64,000 bases of DNA from Clostridiales bacterium (GTDB lineage: Bacteria > Bacillota > Clostridia > Saccharofermentanales > Saccharofermentanaceae). A model generated the notes under the pieces. The model was given only the letters and a program-made list of their open reading frames with translations, searched no databases and was not told the DNA's origin. Below are positions 39,667-48,722 of the stretch, in pieces; positions within the stretch are counted from its first letter, which is position 1; every line of letters begins with the position of its first letter. Where the stretch lies: NCBI GenBank assembly GCA_017545245.1, contig JAFWPB010000060.1:1182-65181 (forward strand), read 5' to 3'. A program made the translations under genes and the position numbers.

Positions 39667-40425
39667 ATGTCTGAAGTTAGAGTGTTTTTGAGTGGATGCA
39701 TGGGCCGCATGGGCCGTGTAATCACGGAAATGTGCGCAGAGTACGATGATACTGTCATTGTAGCCGGTTCTGATGTAGTAGAGAATCCGAATTCTACTTT
39801 CCCGATTTACAAGGATCCAATGGATTGCAAGGAAGAAGTAGATGTGATCATCGATTTTTCACACGTCAGTGCTTTTGCCAAGATAACCGAATTTGCTGAA
39901 AAGAGAAATATTCCGATCGTTATGTGCACGACGGGACTTTCCGATGAGCAGAAGACGGAGCTTGAGGCTTTGTCCAAGAAAGTTGGTGTGTTCTATTCCG
40001 GAAATATGTCGCTGGGTATTAATGTGTTGATCAAACTGGTACGCGAAGCGGCAGCAAAGCTTTATCCGGACTTTGATATTGAACTGGTCGAGGAGCATCA
40101 CAATAAGAAGCTTGATGCGCCTTCCGGAACAGCGCTTATGATCGCAGATGCCATGAATGAATCTGTGGACAACCAGTTGGAATATGTTTATGAGCGTCAG
40201 TCTAAGAGACAGAAGCGCGAGAAGAAAGAACTGGGGATCCACTCGATCCGTGGCGGAAATATCGTCGGTGAACACAAGGTCATGTTTATCGGTGGAGAAG
40301 AGATCCTTACGATCTCCCATTCCGCACAGACAAGAAATGTTTTCGGCCGCGGCGCGGTTGCAGCGGCGAAGTTCATGCTTGGAAAAGGTCCTGGCATGTA
40401 TGATATGCAGGCTATGCTCGGTTGA
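39667..40425 (+). CDS. dapB: 4-hydroxy-tetrahydrodipicolinate reductase
   Basis: 252 aa. GCMGRMGR nucleotide-binding loop, EEHHNKKLDAPSGTA signature. Confidence 0.95.
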   Translation: MSEVRVFLSGCMGRMGRVITEMCAEYDDTVIVAGSDVVENPNSTFPIYKDPMDCKEEVDVIIDFSHVSAFAKITEFAEKRNIPIVMCTTGLSDEQKTELEALSKKVGVFYSGNMSLGINVLIKLVREAAAKLYPDFDIELVEEHHNKKLDAPSGTALMIADAMNESVDNQLEYVYERQSKRQKREKKELGIHSIRGGNIVGEHKVMFIGGEEILTISHSAQTRNVFGRGAVAAAKFMLGKGPGMYDMQAMLG

Positions 40426-40465
40426 TGGCCGGGTTCTGAATAAATAATATATTGGAGGAAGAAGA

Positions 40466-40900
40466 ATGATTCGTTTTATGTTGGATGCGGCGCCTGAGGA
40501 GACCGCACAAGGCCCGAGTACTTTGATCATGCTCGCCATTTTCGCGGTATTTATCATTTTCTGGTATGTGATCGCACTCCGCCCGCAGAGAAAGAAAGAG
40601 AAAGAACTCAAAGCAAAAGTAGACTCGATGCGTGTGGGTGACCGCATCATTACAATTGGTGGTCTTTGTGGCTATGTTGCCAATATCAAGGATGATGAAG
40701 TTACGATCATGACAAGTGCTGCCAATACTCTGGTTACCTTTAAGAAGTCGGCTATCAATAATGTTGTCGGACGCGATGAGCATAAGGCTAATGCTGAGAA
40801 GACAGAAAAGACCGAGAAGATCGAGTCTAAGGAGTCTTCAAAAGAAGCGGCTCCTGAAGCTGCTGCTACAGAAGAAGAGACAACCACTTCTGAAGAGTAA
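40466..40900 (+). CDS. yajC: Preprotein translocase subunit YajC with acidic/Lys-rich C-terminal extension
   Basis: 144 aa. TM then RPQRKKEKELKAKVDSMRVGDRIITIGGLCGYV, the typical YajC core. Confidence 0.85.
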   Translation: MIRFMLDAAPEETAQGPSTLIMLAIFAVFIIFWYVIALRPQRKKEKELKAKVDSMRVGDRIITIGGLCGYVANIKDDEVTIMTSAANTLVTFKKSAINNVVGRDEHKANAEKTEKTEKIESKESSKEAAPEAAATEEETTTSEE

Positions 40901-40951
40901 TACGCGAAAGTACGTATTTTTAGTTTGATATTAGATTAGATGATATGAGAT

Positions 40952-40985
40952 GGAGCAGACCCGCAACGGGTTTGCTCCGTTTTGC
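40952..40985 (+). terminator. Intrinsic terminator of yajC
   Basis: GGAGCAGACCCG / CGGGTTTGCTCC (one G-U), CAA loop, followed by GTTTTG. Confidence 0.75.
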
Positions 40986-41089
40986 GTTCAGCAAGTAAAG
41001 TGATTTTGTGTTGTTCCTATGATAAAATAAACAGGTATTCTTTCCTTCAGAAATAGTGGGAAAGCATAATCGGAAAAGGAAGGCGAAAA

Positions 41090-42967
41090 ATGAGTAACGG
41101 CCGTGGTGGAATCCCGAACGAAGTAGTGGAAGAGATCCTTTCTCGCAGTGACATCGTGTCTATTGTGGGACAATATGTGCAGTTTACGAAGTCGTCCGGA
41201 CAGAACCAGTTCGGCCTCTGTCCTTTTCATTCGGAAGATACGCCTTCTTTTTCAGTTTCCACCAATAAGCAGATCTATTATTGTTTCGGCTGCCATAAGG
41301 GTGGTAATGTCGTCAATTTCATTATGGAAGTGGAACACCTGTCTTATGTTGAAGCGCTGAAATATCTGGCTGAGAAAGCCGGTGTCAAGATTCCGGAACC
41401 GGATGACGATAACTACAGGAAGCAGGAGTATCAGAGAAAACGGATCAAAGAAGTGCTTCTTGAGGCGGCGAGATACTATTATTCGTGTTTCCGTTCGGAA
41501 AAAGGTAACGAAGCGAAGGCTTACCTGACGAAGAGACAGATCACACCTAAGACGGCAACGAAATTCGGCTTGGGATACGCGCCGAATGAATGGAATGGTT
41601 TATATAATCATCTGGTGTCCAAAAAGTTTACACAGAACGAGATTTCCCAGTCGGGTCTTTTTGTGAATAAGAATGGCAAGACATTTGATCTTTTCCGTGG
41701 AAGACTGATGTTCCCGATATTTAATGCGATGGGAGAACTGATTGCCTTCGGTGGGCGTATCATCGGCGATGGACAGCCGAAATACGTAAATTCCCCGGAA
41801 ACCCTGGTATACTCAAAGCAAAGAAATCTCTATGCCCTGAATTTTGCTAAATCCGCAAAGATGAAGCAGATCATTGTCGTGGAAGGATATATGGATGTCA
41901 TCTCCATGCATCAGGCAGGAGTGACGAATGCCGTTGCTTCGCTTGGTACAGCGCTGACCGAGAGACAGCTTGATCTTCTCGAAAGATACTGCGAGGAAGT
42001 AGTACTGTTTTATGACTCTGACCGTGCCGGCCAGAATGCGGCTGTTCGTGGGTTGAAGATGCTTTTTGAGCGGAAGAAAAAGCACACAGGCATGACGACG
42101 AAAGTCCGTGTGGCGAAGGTTCCTGACGGAAAGGATCCGGATGAGTATATCCGTGCTTTTGGAAAAGATAAGTTTGCCGAGGTCGTGGCAAACGCGATGC
42201 CGGTCCTGGATTATCTTGTCGAGTCCGCGCGGATCCAAAGTATGGAAAGTGGAAGCTTCGATTCAGTTCTTTTCCAGCAGTTGGTATCCACTTATCTTTC
42301 GTGGGAGGATAACATGATCCTCCGCGAGCGGGCGGCGAATCAGGCAGCCCAGATACTGGGCGTTTCCACAGCTTCGGTCATGTCTGAAGTCGGGAAGCTC
42401 TCGACCAAGAGTCATCAGGAGGCGATCACCCGTTCACAGAAAGATGTGGAGAGACAGACTTCGATGCTGCCGCAGACCCAGGTGGGCGAGACGGCGACAC
42501 GTGAAGAACTGGTGCTGATGTGCCTTCTCTCGGCACTGGGGGAGAATTATGCCCAGTTTGTCGATCTTTATAAGGATAAGCCGTTGATCACCGATTTTTC
42601 GATGGGGACGATGCGTACGATCGCACAGGAAGTGCAGCCTGTCTTGGAAAAAGGGCAGCTTGATGCGAACCGGCTTCTCCTTGCGTGTGAGAATCTGATG
42701 CTCAACCGTAGAGCGGCGAAAGATACTTTTTCGGAGGCGCTTCTCAGTGTGGAGTATGGAAAAGATGCGCAGGAACTGATGAAGAATACGCTGCATTATC
42801 TGTATCTTGTCCGTTTGAATCTGTATACCAAGCAAAAGGATGAACTGGCGAAGCGTCTGGATATCATGCCTGACGGGGAAGATCGTGTGGCTACCGAGAA
42901 TTCGTTCCGACAGACATTAGAATACCTGCAGTTTTTGAAACAGAAAATGAGGAAACAAAATGGCTGA
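41090..42967 (+). CDS. dnaG: DNA primase
   Basis: 625 aa. CHC2 zinc finger CPFHSEDTPSFSVSTNKQIYYCFGCHKGGN. Toprim VVEGYMDVIS ... LFYDSDRAGQNA. Confidence 0.95.
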   Translation: MSNGRGGIPNEVVEEILSRSDIVSIVGQYVQFTKSSGQNQFGLCPFHSEDTPSFSVSTNKQIYYCFGCHKGGNVVNFIMEVEHLSYVEALKYLAEKAGVKIPEPDDDNYRKQEYQRKRIKEVLLEAARYYYSCFRSEKGNEAKAYLTKRQITPKTATKFGLGYAPNEWNGLYNHLVSKKFTQNEISQSGLFVNKNGKTFDLFRGRLMFPIFNAMGELIAFGGRIIGDGQPKYVNSPETLVYSKQRNLYALNFAKSAKMKQIIVVEGYMDVISMHQAGVTNAVASLGTALTERQLDLLERYCEEVVLFYDSDRAGQNAAVRGLKMLFERKKKHTGMTTKVRVAKVPDGKDPDEYIRAFGKDKFAEVVANAMPVLDYLVESARIQSMESGSFDSVLFQQLVSTYLSWEDNMILRERAANQAAQILGVSTASVMSEVGKLSTKSHQEAITRSQKDVERQTSMLPQTQVGETATREELVLMCLLSALGENYAQFVDLYKDKPLITDFSMGTMRTIAQEVQPVLEKGQLDANRLLLACENLMLNRRAAKDTFSEALLSVEYGKDAQELMKNTLHYLYLVRLNLYTKQKDELAKRLDIMPDGEDRVATENSFRQTLEYLQFLKQKMRKQNG

Positions 42968-43631
42968 TGCACAGGACATCCTTTCTTCACGGTTAAGTAC
43001 TGTGGCATCCCTGATCCCGGCATCGGATCTTGTGATCGATGTTGGTTCCGATCATGGAAAATTGGGGGCATGGTGCTTAAGTAACGAAATCTGTCCTCGC
43101 CTGATTGCTACGGATATTCACGAAGCGCCGGCGAAACGGACGGAGAGTTTTCTTCGTTTGTGTGGTTTCAGTGAAGTGAGCCAGGCGGTTTGTACGGACG
43201 GACTTACCGGAATAGAGATCGTTGATCGGACAACGGTCGTAATTGCCGGAATGGGAGGCTTAGAGATTAGGAAGATCCTTTCTGATTATCTGGAAATGCA
43301 TGAAAAGTTTCCTTTGGATACAACGCTGGTATTGCAGCCTCAGCGATCTTTCTATGAACTGCGTACATTCCTTCAGGAGAATAGCATTGAAATTGAAAAG
43401 GAAGCCATCGTCCTGGACAGAGGACACTATTATGTGGTGATCCGTGCAAAGATGTCTGAGAAAGTGCATAAACTCACGGATGCAGAGCTTTTCCTCGGAC
43501 CATATATTCTTTCTGCGAAGCCGGAACGATTTGAAGAGTACATGGAACATCAGCGGAAGCTCATGGAAAAGCAGGCACTCGGGGATTCCCGGTGCAAGGC
43601 AGTAGTAGAGAACTGGGAGGCATTATTATGA
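42960..43631 (+). CDS. trmK: tRNA (adenine22-N1)-methyltransferase TrmK
   Basis: 223 aa. RLSTVASLIP...VIDVGSDHGKLGAW, ATDIHEAP, IAGMGG motifs. Overlaps the dnaG stop by 8 nt. Confidence 0.8.
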   Translation: MADAQDILSSRLSTVASLIPASDLVIDVGSDHGKLGAWCLSNEICPRLIATDIHEAPAKRTESFLRLCGFSEVSQAVCTDGLTGIEIVDRTTVVIAGMGGLEIRKILSDYLEMHEKFPLDTTLVLQPQRSFYELRTFLQENSIEIEKEAIVLDRGHYYVVIRAKMSEKVHKLTDAELFLGPYILSAKPERFEEYMEHQRKLMEKQALGDSRCKAVVENWEALL

Positions 43632-44398
43632 AGAACGGATATTTAGTTTCGGATGTCATTTCGGCAATGGAAGAGATTGCACCGATGAGCATCGCGTGTG
43701 AATGGGATCATGTCGGCCTGATGGTGGGAGATGTGAGCGAGCCGGTAGAAGGCGTGCTGTTAACGCTGGATGCTGTTTCGGGTTCGGTTCAGGAAGCAGT
43801 TAACGTGGGTGCAAACTTGATCATTTCGCATCATCCTCTGTTCTTCGCACCTGTTCGTGAAATTGATTTTCAGACTTCTAAGGGGAAGATCATCCGTGAT
43901 CTTATTAAGAATGACATTTCGCTTTTTGCTGCCCATACAAATCTGGATAAGGCAGAAAAAGGCGTAAACCAGGCTCTTGCTGGTGTGATCGGCGTTTCTG
44001 AAACAGAACTTGTGGATAGCGTCGAGGTTGGCCTTGTCGGAGTAATCAAAGAAGGCCCCAAATCGCTTCGGGATTTTGCCGAGGATGTGAAAGAAAAGCT
44101 CGGGGCGACGGGTTTTATCCTGAACACGGACAAAGATTGCAGGATTTCACGTGTGTTTGTGCAGGGCGGTGCTTTTGACGAAGACGCAATACCATTTCTT
44201 AAGAATGCAGGAATCGACTGCATTGTTACCGGAGAAATGAAGCATCACCATATGCTGGAACTGGAGGAACTGGAAATCCCGGCAATTATCTGCGGACATG
44301 AAGTGACTGAACGCATAGTATTGCCAAGCGTAAAGGAGCAGCTTTTGCACAAATTGCCGAATTTGCCTGTCAGTATCTTTTATGGGCATAAATGGTGA
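43628..44398 (+). CDS. Nif3/YqfO-family dinuclear metal-centre protein
   Basis: ATGA overlap with the trmK stop. WDHVGLMVGD, ANLIISHHPLFF, AAHTNLD, TGEMKHHH motifs. Confidence 0.85.
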   Translation: MKNGYLVSDVISAMEEIAPMSIACEWDHVGLMVGDVSEPVEGVLLTLDAVSGSVQEAVNVGANLIISHHPLFFAPVREIDFQTSKGKIIRDLIKNDISLFAAHTNLDKAEKGVNQALAGVIGVSETELVDSVEVGLVGVIKEGPKSLRDFAEDVKEKLGATGFILNTDKDCRISRVFVQGGAFDEDAIPFLKNAGIDCIVTGEMKHHHMLELEELEIPAIICGHEVTERIVLPSVKEQLLHKLPNLPVSIFYGHKW

Positions 44399-44447
44399 AA
44401 AAAGTGCTAGAAGTAAATACTTCGTTCGATTATAATATGTATGTTTT

Positions 44448-44800
44448 CTGAGCTGGACCAGATGATCGCGGGCACGAGTGCCGAAAGGCCGTGCATGAGG
44501 AAAGTCCGGGCTCCGTAGGACAAGGGTGCCGGGCAGTTCCCGGTGAAGGCAACTTTAAGGAAAGTGCAACAGAAAAGAAAACCGCCGTGTTTTTCGGAAC
44601 ATGGCAAGGATGAAAAGGCGAGGTAAGAGCTCACCAGCGGTATGGTAACATATCGGCTTTGTAAACCCCACCTGGAGCAACGCCGTGGGAGATGTTAACT
44701 GTGGTCCGCAGGTCTCAAGGAGGCGGCTTGAGCCGGAACGAGATTTCCGGTCTAGATAGATGATCATCATAGACAGAACCCGGCTTACGGTCCAACTCAG
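44448..44800 (+). ncRNA. rnpB: RNase P RNA (bacterial, class A-like)
   Basis: P4 strands GAGGAAAGTCCGGGCTC (44497-44513) and ACAGAACCCGGCTTA (44773-44787). GGAAAGTGCAACAGAAA element. P1 pairing CTGAGCTGGACC (44448-44459) with GGTCCAACTCAG (44789-44800). TATAAT at 44431-44436 upstream. Confidence 0.9.
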
Positions 44801-44868
44801 AAAATGTTATTGTGTAAGATCCGTCGGGAAACCGGCGAAAGATGAAATAAAGAAAGAAGGATAATGAC

Positions 44869-46041
44869 ATGGCAGAATCGTATCTTAGTCGCGGTGTTTC
44901 TCCAACGAAAGATGATGTTAAGAAGGCTGTAGCCAATCAGGATAAAGGTGTTTTTCCTGGTGCTTTTTGCAAATTGATCGAGGATCTGGGAGGTGACCCG
45001 GATTATTGTACGGCAATCCATGCTGACGGAGCCGGAACCAAATCTTCCGTTGCGTATATTGCCTATCGCGAAACAGGAGATCTGAAGTGGTTCAAGGGTA
45101 TCGCACAGGATTCTCTAGTCATGAATACAGATGACCTGGCTTGTGTAGGTGCGATCGAGAAGTTATCCCTTTCCAATACGATCGGTCGAAACGCGCATCG
45201 TGTTGATGGCAAGTGTATTGCTGCCGTTATTGAAGGTTATAACGATATCGTCGGAAAACTCCAGGATATGGGATTCGATCTTTCCATGTGCGGTGGTGAG
45301 ACAGCGGATGTCGGCGATCTGGTCCGTACATTGATCGTGGATTCAACTATCGTAACCCGTGTTGCGAGAAAGAATGTAATCAACGCGGCGAACATTAAGC
45401 CTGGTCATGTCATCGTCGGACTGGCTTCTTTTGGACAGGCGACATATGAAGATTCCTATAATTCAGGTGTTTCTTCCAATGGCCTGACTGCTGCCAGACA
45501 CATGCTTCTTTGCAAAGATTATCTGCGTGAGTATCCGGAGTCTGTTTCTGAAACAATTCCGGAAGATAAAGTATATTGCGGTAAGTTCCGTCTGAGTGAC
45601 AAGCTTCCGAACAGCGATCAGACTGTTGCCGAGGCGATCCTTTCTCCGACACGTACTTATCTGCCGGTCATCCGCGATGTGTTGGAGAAGTGTCGTGATT
45701 CTATTTCCGGTATCATCCACTGCACTGGTGGCGGACAGGCTAAGTGCCGCGATTTCGGTAAGAATATCCGCATTATCAAGGACAATCTGTTTGCTTTCCC
45801 GCCGATCTTCCAGGCGATCTATGAGTCTGGCGAGATCCCGATGAAAGAGATGTACCAGGTATTTAACTGCGGCCATCGTATTGAGTTCTATTGTGACGAA
45901 AGCGTCGCAGAAGAAATCATGGCCATTGCCGGCAAGTACAATATCGAGTCCCGTATTGTCGGACGTGTTGAGGCACTCCCGGAAGGATCTGAGAATCAGG
46001 TCGTAATTCGTGCAAATGGTGAAGAATTCATCTACGGCTGA
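44869..46041 (+). CDS. AIR synthase-related (PurM superfamily) protein, long ~390-aa form
   Basis: AIHADGAGTKSSVAY, NTDDLACVGA, CGGETADVGD, IIHCTGGGQAKC correspond to PurM-family motifs. The N-terminus SRGVSPTKDDVKKAV...FPGAFCK resembles the Bacteroidetes-type long PurM, as far as I recall it. Confidence 0.65.
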   Translation: MAESYLSRGVSPTKDDVKKAVANQDKGVFPGAFCKLIEDLGGDPDYCTAIHADGAGTKSSVAYIAYRETGDLKWFKGIAQDSLVMNTDDLACVGAIEKLSLSNTIGRNAHRVDGKCIAAVIEGYNDIVGKLQDMGFDLSMCGGETADVGDLVRTLIVDSTIVTRVARKNVINAANIKPGHVIVGLASFGQATYEDSYNSGVSSNGLTAARHMLLCKDYLREYPESVSETIPEDKVYCGKFRLSDKLPNSDQTVAEAILSPTRTYLPVIRDVLEKCRDSISGIIHCTGGGQAKCRDFGKNIRIIKDNLFAFPPIFQAIYESGEIPMKEMYQVFNCGHRIEFYCDESVAEEIMAIAGKYNIESRIVGRVEALPEGSENQVVIRANGEEFIYG

Positions 46042-46062
46042 TCTTGCGAAAAGCACTGGTGT

Positions 46063-46911
46063 ATGAAAATGCGTGCCTGTTCTTTGTGTCGTACCACACT
46101 TTCGGTCATGATCGTGACCACATTGTTGTTTGCGGTTTCTTGTGGCAGCCTCGATAAAAGTCTGTCCAGGATCAGTTCGACTACGACCACTATAGAACCG
46201 ACTTTGGAAGAGAGTTCCTCGATTGATCCGGAAACCCAAAGACTTACTGCGAACGATGAATTGACCGAGATCGTCAACGGATATATGGAAACATTGGTAA
46301 GCGGGGACGTGGAAGAGGTCTGCAAGACGTTCGGTCTCGAACGAGATCAAGTTCTTTATCCAACTTATGATGAGGATAAAGATGTCTTTTCTGCATTCTT
46401 CCAGAATTCGACCTACACTGTGCGCAGGGCGATGACTTCGGATCATTCAAACTATGCTGTATATGTGGATTTCTCCTATCCGGACTTGTCCGGCTGTTTT
46501 GATCAGGTGTTGTCGGATCCTGCTTTTATTTCGGAAACTGCGTGGGCATGGATCCAGGCTTTGAAGAATCATGAGGGTGAAAGTGAAGCTAAGGCACAGC
46601 TGGTGAAAACGGCGTTTTTAGAAGCCGTGCGTCGTATCCAGGATGGCGAATTCATCGGGAAGATCAAGGTTTCAGATTCGTTTGCTTTTCATGCGAATCC
46701 AGACAAATGGTTAAAAACCGAAGATCCGGACTTTATCTTTCTGTTGGGCGGGGATTATTATATCAACAGGTTTGCCTATCTGAGTCTCCGTCAGGAGTAC
46801 ATGCATAGTGATGAATACGTGCAATGGTTTATCGCTAGCGGGGAACTCACTGTGGAAGAGGCGACCGCGATCGTTTCTGAGAAAGCGGAACAAGTGGCAA
46901 GTAGCATGTGA
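46063..46911 (+). CDS. Hypothetical lipoprotein
   Basis: 282 aa. Signal peptide with lipobox FAVSCG, Ser/Thr-rich stalk, no recognised domain. Confidence 0.5.
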   Translation: MKMRACSLCRTTLSVMIVTTLLFAVSCGSLDKSLSRISSTTTTIEPTLEESSSIDPETQRLTANDELTEIVNGYMETLVSGDVEEVCKTFGLERDQVLYPTYDEDKDVFSAFFQNSTYTVRRAMTSDHSNYAVYVDFSYPDLSGCFDQVLSDPAFISETAWAWIQALKNHEGESEAKAQLVKTAFLEAVRRIQDGEFIGKIKVSDSFAFHANPDKWLKTEDPDFIFLLGGDYYINRFAYLSLRQEYMHSDEYVQWFIASGELTVEEATAIVSEKAEQVASSM

Positions 46912-47030
46912 TTACAGTGCAGAGCACTTGAAAAAGAATGCTCTGCTGGAATGCGTATAGCTGTTTGATGGGATGGGTCGATATTTTTCTCTTTTTATTT
47001 CAGATTTTTTCTATAATTTGAAAAAGAGTG

Positions 47031-47059
47031 TTGACAACCGAATTTATCATCGATATAAT
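47031..47059 (+). promoter_or_regulatory. Consensus sigma-A promoter of tRNA-Lys
   Basis: TTGACA (47031-47036), 17-nt spacer, TATAAT (47054-47059). Confidence 0.75.
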
Positions 47060-47090
47060 AATCAACGTTCGCGAGAAACGAGAACGAAAT

Positions 47091-47166
47091 GTACCTTTAG
47101 CTCAGTTGGTAGAGCAACTGACTCTTAATCAGTGGGCCCAGGGTTCGAGTCCCTGAAGGTGCACCA
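47091..47166 (+). tRNA. tRNA-Lys (anticodon CUU)
   Basis: Hand-folded. Acceptor GTACCTT/AAGGTGC, D-arm GCTC..GAGC, anticodon stem ACTGA/TCAGT with loop CTCTTAA (CTT), T-arm CAGGG-TTCGAGT-CCCTG, encoded CCA. Confidence 0.9.
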
Positions 47167-47167
47167 G

Positions 47168-47195
47168 ACCGGATCAGAAATGATCCGGTTTTTTC
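47168..47195 (+). terminator. Intrinsic terminator after tRNA-Lys
   Basis: ACCGGATCA / TGATCCGGT, GAAA loop, T6. Confidence 0.85.
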
Positions 47196-47327
47196 TTTTT
47201 TTATCTGCCTGCCAGTTCCAGTACATTTCCCTTAGAAAATCAATCTTTTGCGAGAAAAACGGAAAGGTTTGTGCTATAATTCCATCTATGCGGTAAAGTG
47301 AGGCCGCGATCTACGGAGGATTTTCAA

Positions 47328-48611
47328 ATGGATAATAAATTCAGTATTGAGACCAATTGTGTTCAGGGCGCATATCAGCCGAAGAACGGCGAGTCCAGAG
47401 TTATGCCTATCGTGCAGAGTACTACTTGGAAGTATTCTTCAACTGAGCAGATGGGGCGCCTTTTTGACCTCGAAGAAAGTGGTTATTTCTATACACGTCT
47501 TGCCAATCCTACCAGTGACCTGGTAGCAGCGAAGATCTGTATGCTCGAGGGTGGCGTAGCTGCGATGCTGACTTCTTCCGGTCAGGCAGCGAATTTCTAT
47601 GCGATCTTTAATGTATGTTCTGCAGGTGATCATATCGTATGTTCTTCTGCGATCTATGGTGGTACTTATAATCTGTTTGCCCACACGATCAAGAAGATGG
47701 GCATCGATGCTACATTTGTTTCTCCTGATGCGACTGAGGAAGAGATCCAGGCAGCGATCCGTCCGAATACCAAGCTTGTATTTGGTGAAACGATTGCCAA
47801 TCCTGCTTTGAATGTTCTGGATATCGAGACATTTGCCAATACAGCTCATAAGAACGGACTTCCGTTCATGATCGATAATACATTTGCCACTCCGATCAAC
47901 TGCCGTCCGATCGAGTGGGGTGCCGATATCGTTATCCACTCTACAACAAAGTATATGGATGGTCATGCTACATCCGTCGGCGGATGCATTGTTGATGCAG
48001 GTACTTTTGACTGGGCTAAGTATCCGGATAAGTTTGCCGGACTTGTTGAACCGGATGAGACTTATCACGGTGTATCCTATACAGGCCGCTTCGGAAAGTC
48101 TGCTTTCATTATGAAGGCTGTCGCACAGCTGATGCGTGACCTCGGCTCTATCCCGGGTCCGATGAATGCTTTCCTTCTGAATATCGGCCTGGAGACACTG
48201 CACCTTCGTATGCCGCGTCACTGTGAGAATGCTTTGGCAATTGCCGAGTATCTGCAGAAGCATCCGAAGATCGCTTGGGTTTCTTATCCGGGTCTTCCTG
48301 GTGATAAGGAATATGCAAAAGCACAGAAGTACATGCCGAACGGAACTTGTGGCGTTCTTTCTTTCGGCGTGAAGGGTGGAAGAGAGGCTTGCGTGAAGTT
48401 TATGGATTCTCTTAAGCTTGCTGCAATCTGTACACACGTTGCGGATTGCCGCACATGCGTATTGCATCCTGCTTCCCATACACATCGTCAGATGAACGAT
48501 GAGGAACTCAAGGCCGCAGGTGTAAGCCCGGATCTGATCCGTTTCTCTACAGGTATCGAGAACAAAGAAGATCTGATCGCCGATATCGAACAGGCTCTGG
48601 CAAATGTTTGA
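47328..48611 (+). CDS. metY: O-acetylhomoserine/O-acetylserine sulfhydrylase (PLP-dependent, Cys/Met metabolism family)
   Basis: Extended -10 TGcTATAAT at 47272-47280 and GGAGG RBS favour ATG 47328. Motifs YTRLANPT, SSGQAA, HSTTKYMDGH (PLP Lys), HPASHTH. Confidence 0.85.
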   Translation: MDNKFSIETNCVQGAYQPKNGESRVMPIVQSTTWKYSSTEQMGRLFDLEESGYFYTRLANPTSDLVAAKICMLEGGVAAMLTSSGQAANFYAIFNVCSAGDHIVCSSAIYGGTYNLFAHTIKKMGIDATFVSPDATEEEIQAAIRPNTKLVFGETIANPALNVLDIETFANTAHKNGLPFMIDNTFATPINCRPIEWGADIVIHSTTKYMDGHATSVGGCIVDAGTFDWAKYPDKFAGLVEPDETYHGVSYTGRFGKSAFIMKAVAQLMRDLGSIPGPMNAFLLNIGLETLHLRMPRHCENALAIAEYLQKHPKIAWVSYPGLPGDKEYAKAQKYMPNGTCGVLSFGVKGGREACVKFMDSLKLAAICTHVADCRTCVLHPASHTHRQMNDEELKAAGVSPDLIRFSTGIENKEDLIADIEQALANV

Positions 48612-48631
48612 TTTGATCTGAATCAAATACT

Positions 48632-48650
48632 CGAAATCGATTTCGAAAAA
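48632..48650. promoter_or_regulatory. Second copy of the cre-like palindromic element (TCGAAATCGATTTCGA core)
   Basis: The 19-mer CGAAATCGATTTCGAAAAA is identical to 5146-5164. Here the palindrome extends to 16 bp (48631-48646). Confidence 0.45.
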
Positions 48651-48660
48651 GCATTTCATT

Positions 48661-48703
48661 TTACGCTCCTTTTATGTACAATAGAGGGAGCGTAATTATT
48701 TTT
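48661..48703 (+). terminator. Terminator-like hairpin between metY and the DUF4867-like gene
   Basis: TTACGCTCC (48661-48669) / GGAGCGTAA (48687-48695), 17-nt loop, followed by TTATTTTT. It lies only ~4 nt before the AAGGAGG RBS of the next gene. Confidence 0.5.
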
Positions 48704-48722
48704 CCCAAGGAGGAATTAAGAC

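Noticed and set aside
45463-46446. 327-aa reverse-strand ORF spanning the PurM-like gene and the lipoprotein gene start
   Set aside because: It is antisense to two supported forward genes and crosses their intergenic region. It has an Arg/Ile/Phe-rich translation with no motifs.
47196-47327. Possible SAM (S-box) riboswitch or Met T-box upstream of metY
   Set aside because: An extended -10 promoter at 47272-47280 leaves a ~40-nt leader. That is too short, and it has no S-box or T-box conserved sequences.
47439-48659. 406-aa reverse-strand ORF opposite metY
   Set aside because: It is a shadow ORF antisense to a well-supported PLP enzyme gene. It has no plausible start context or motifs.
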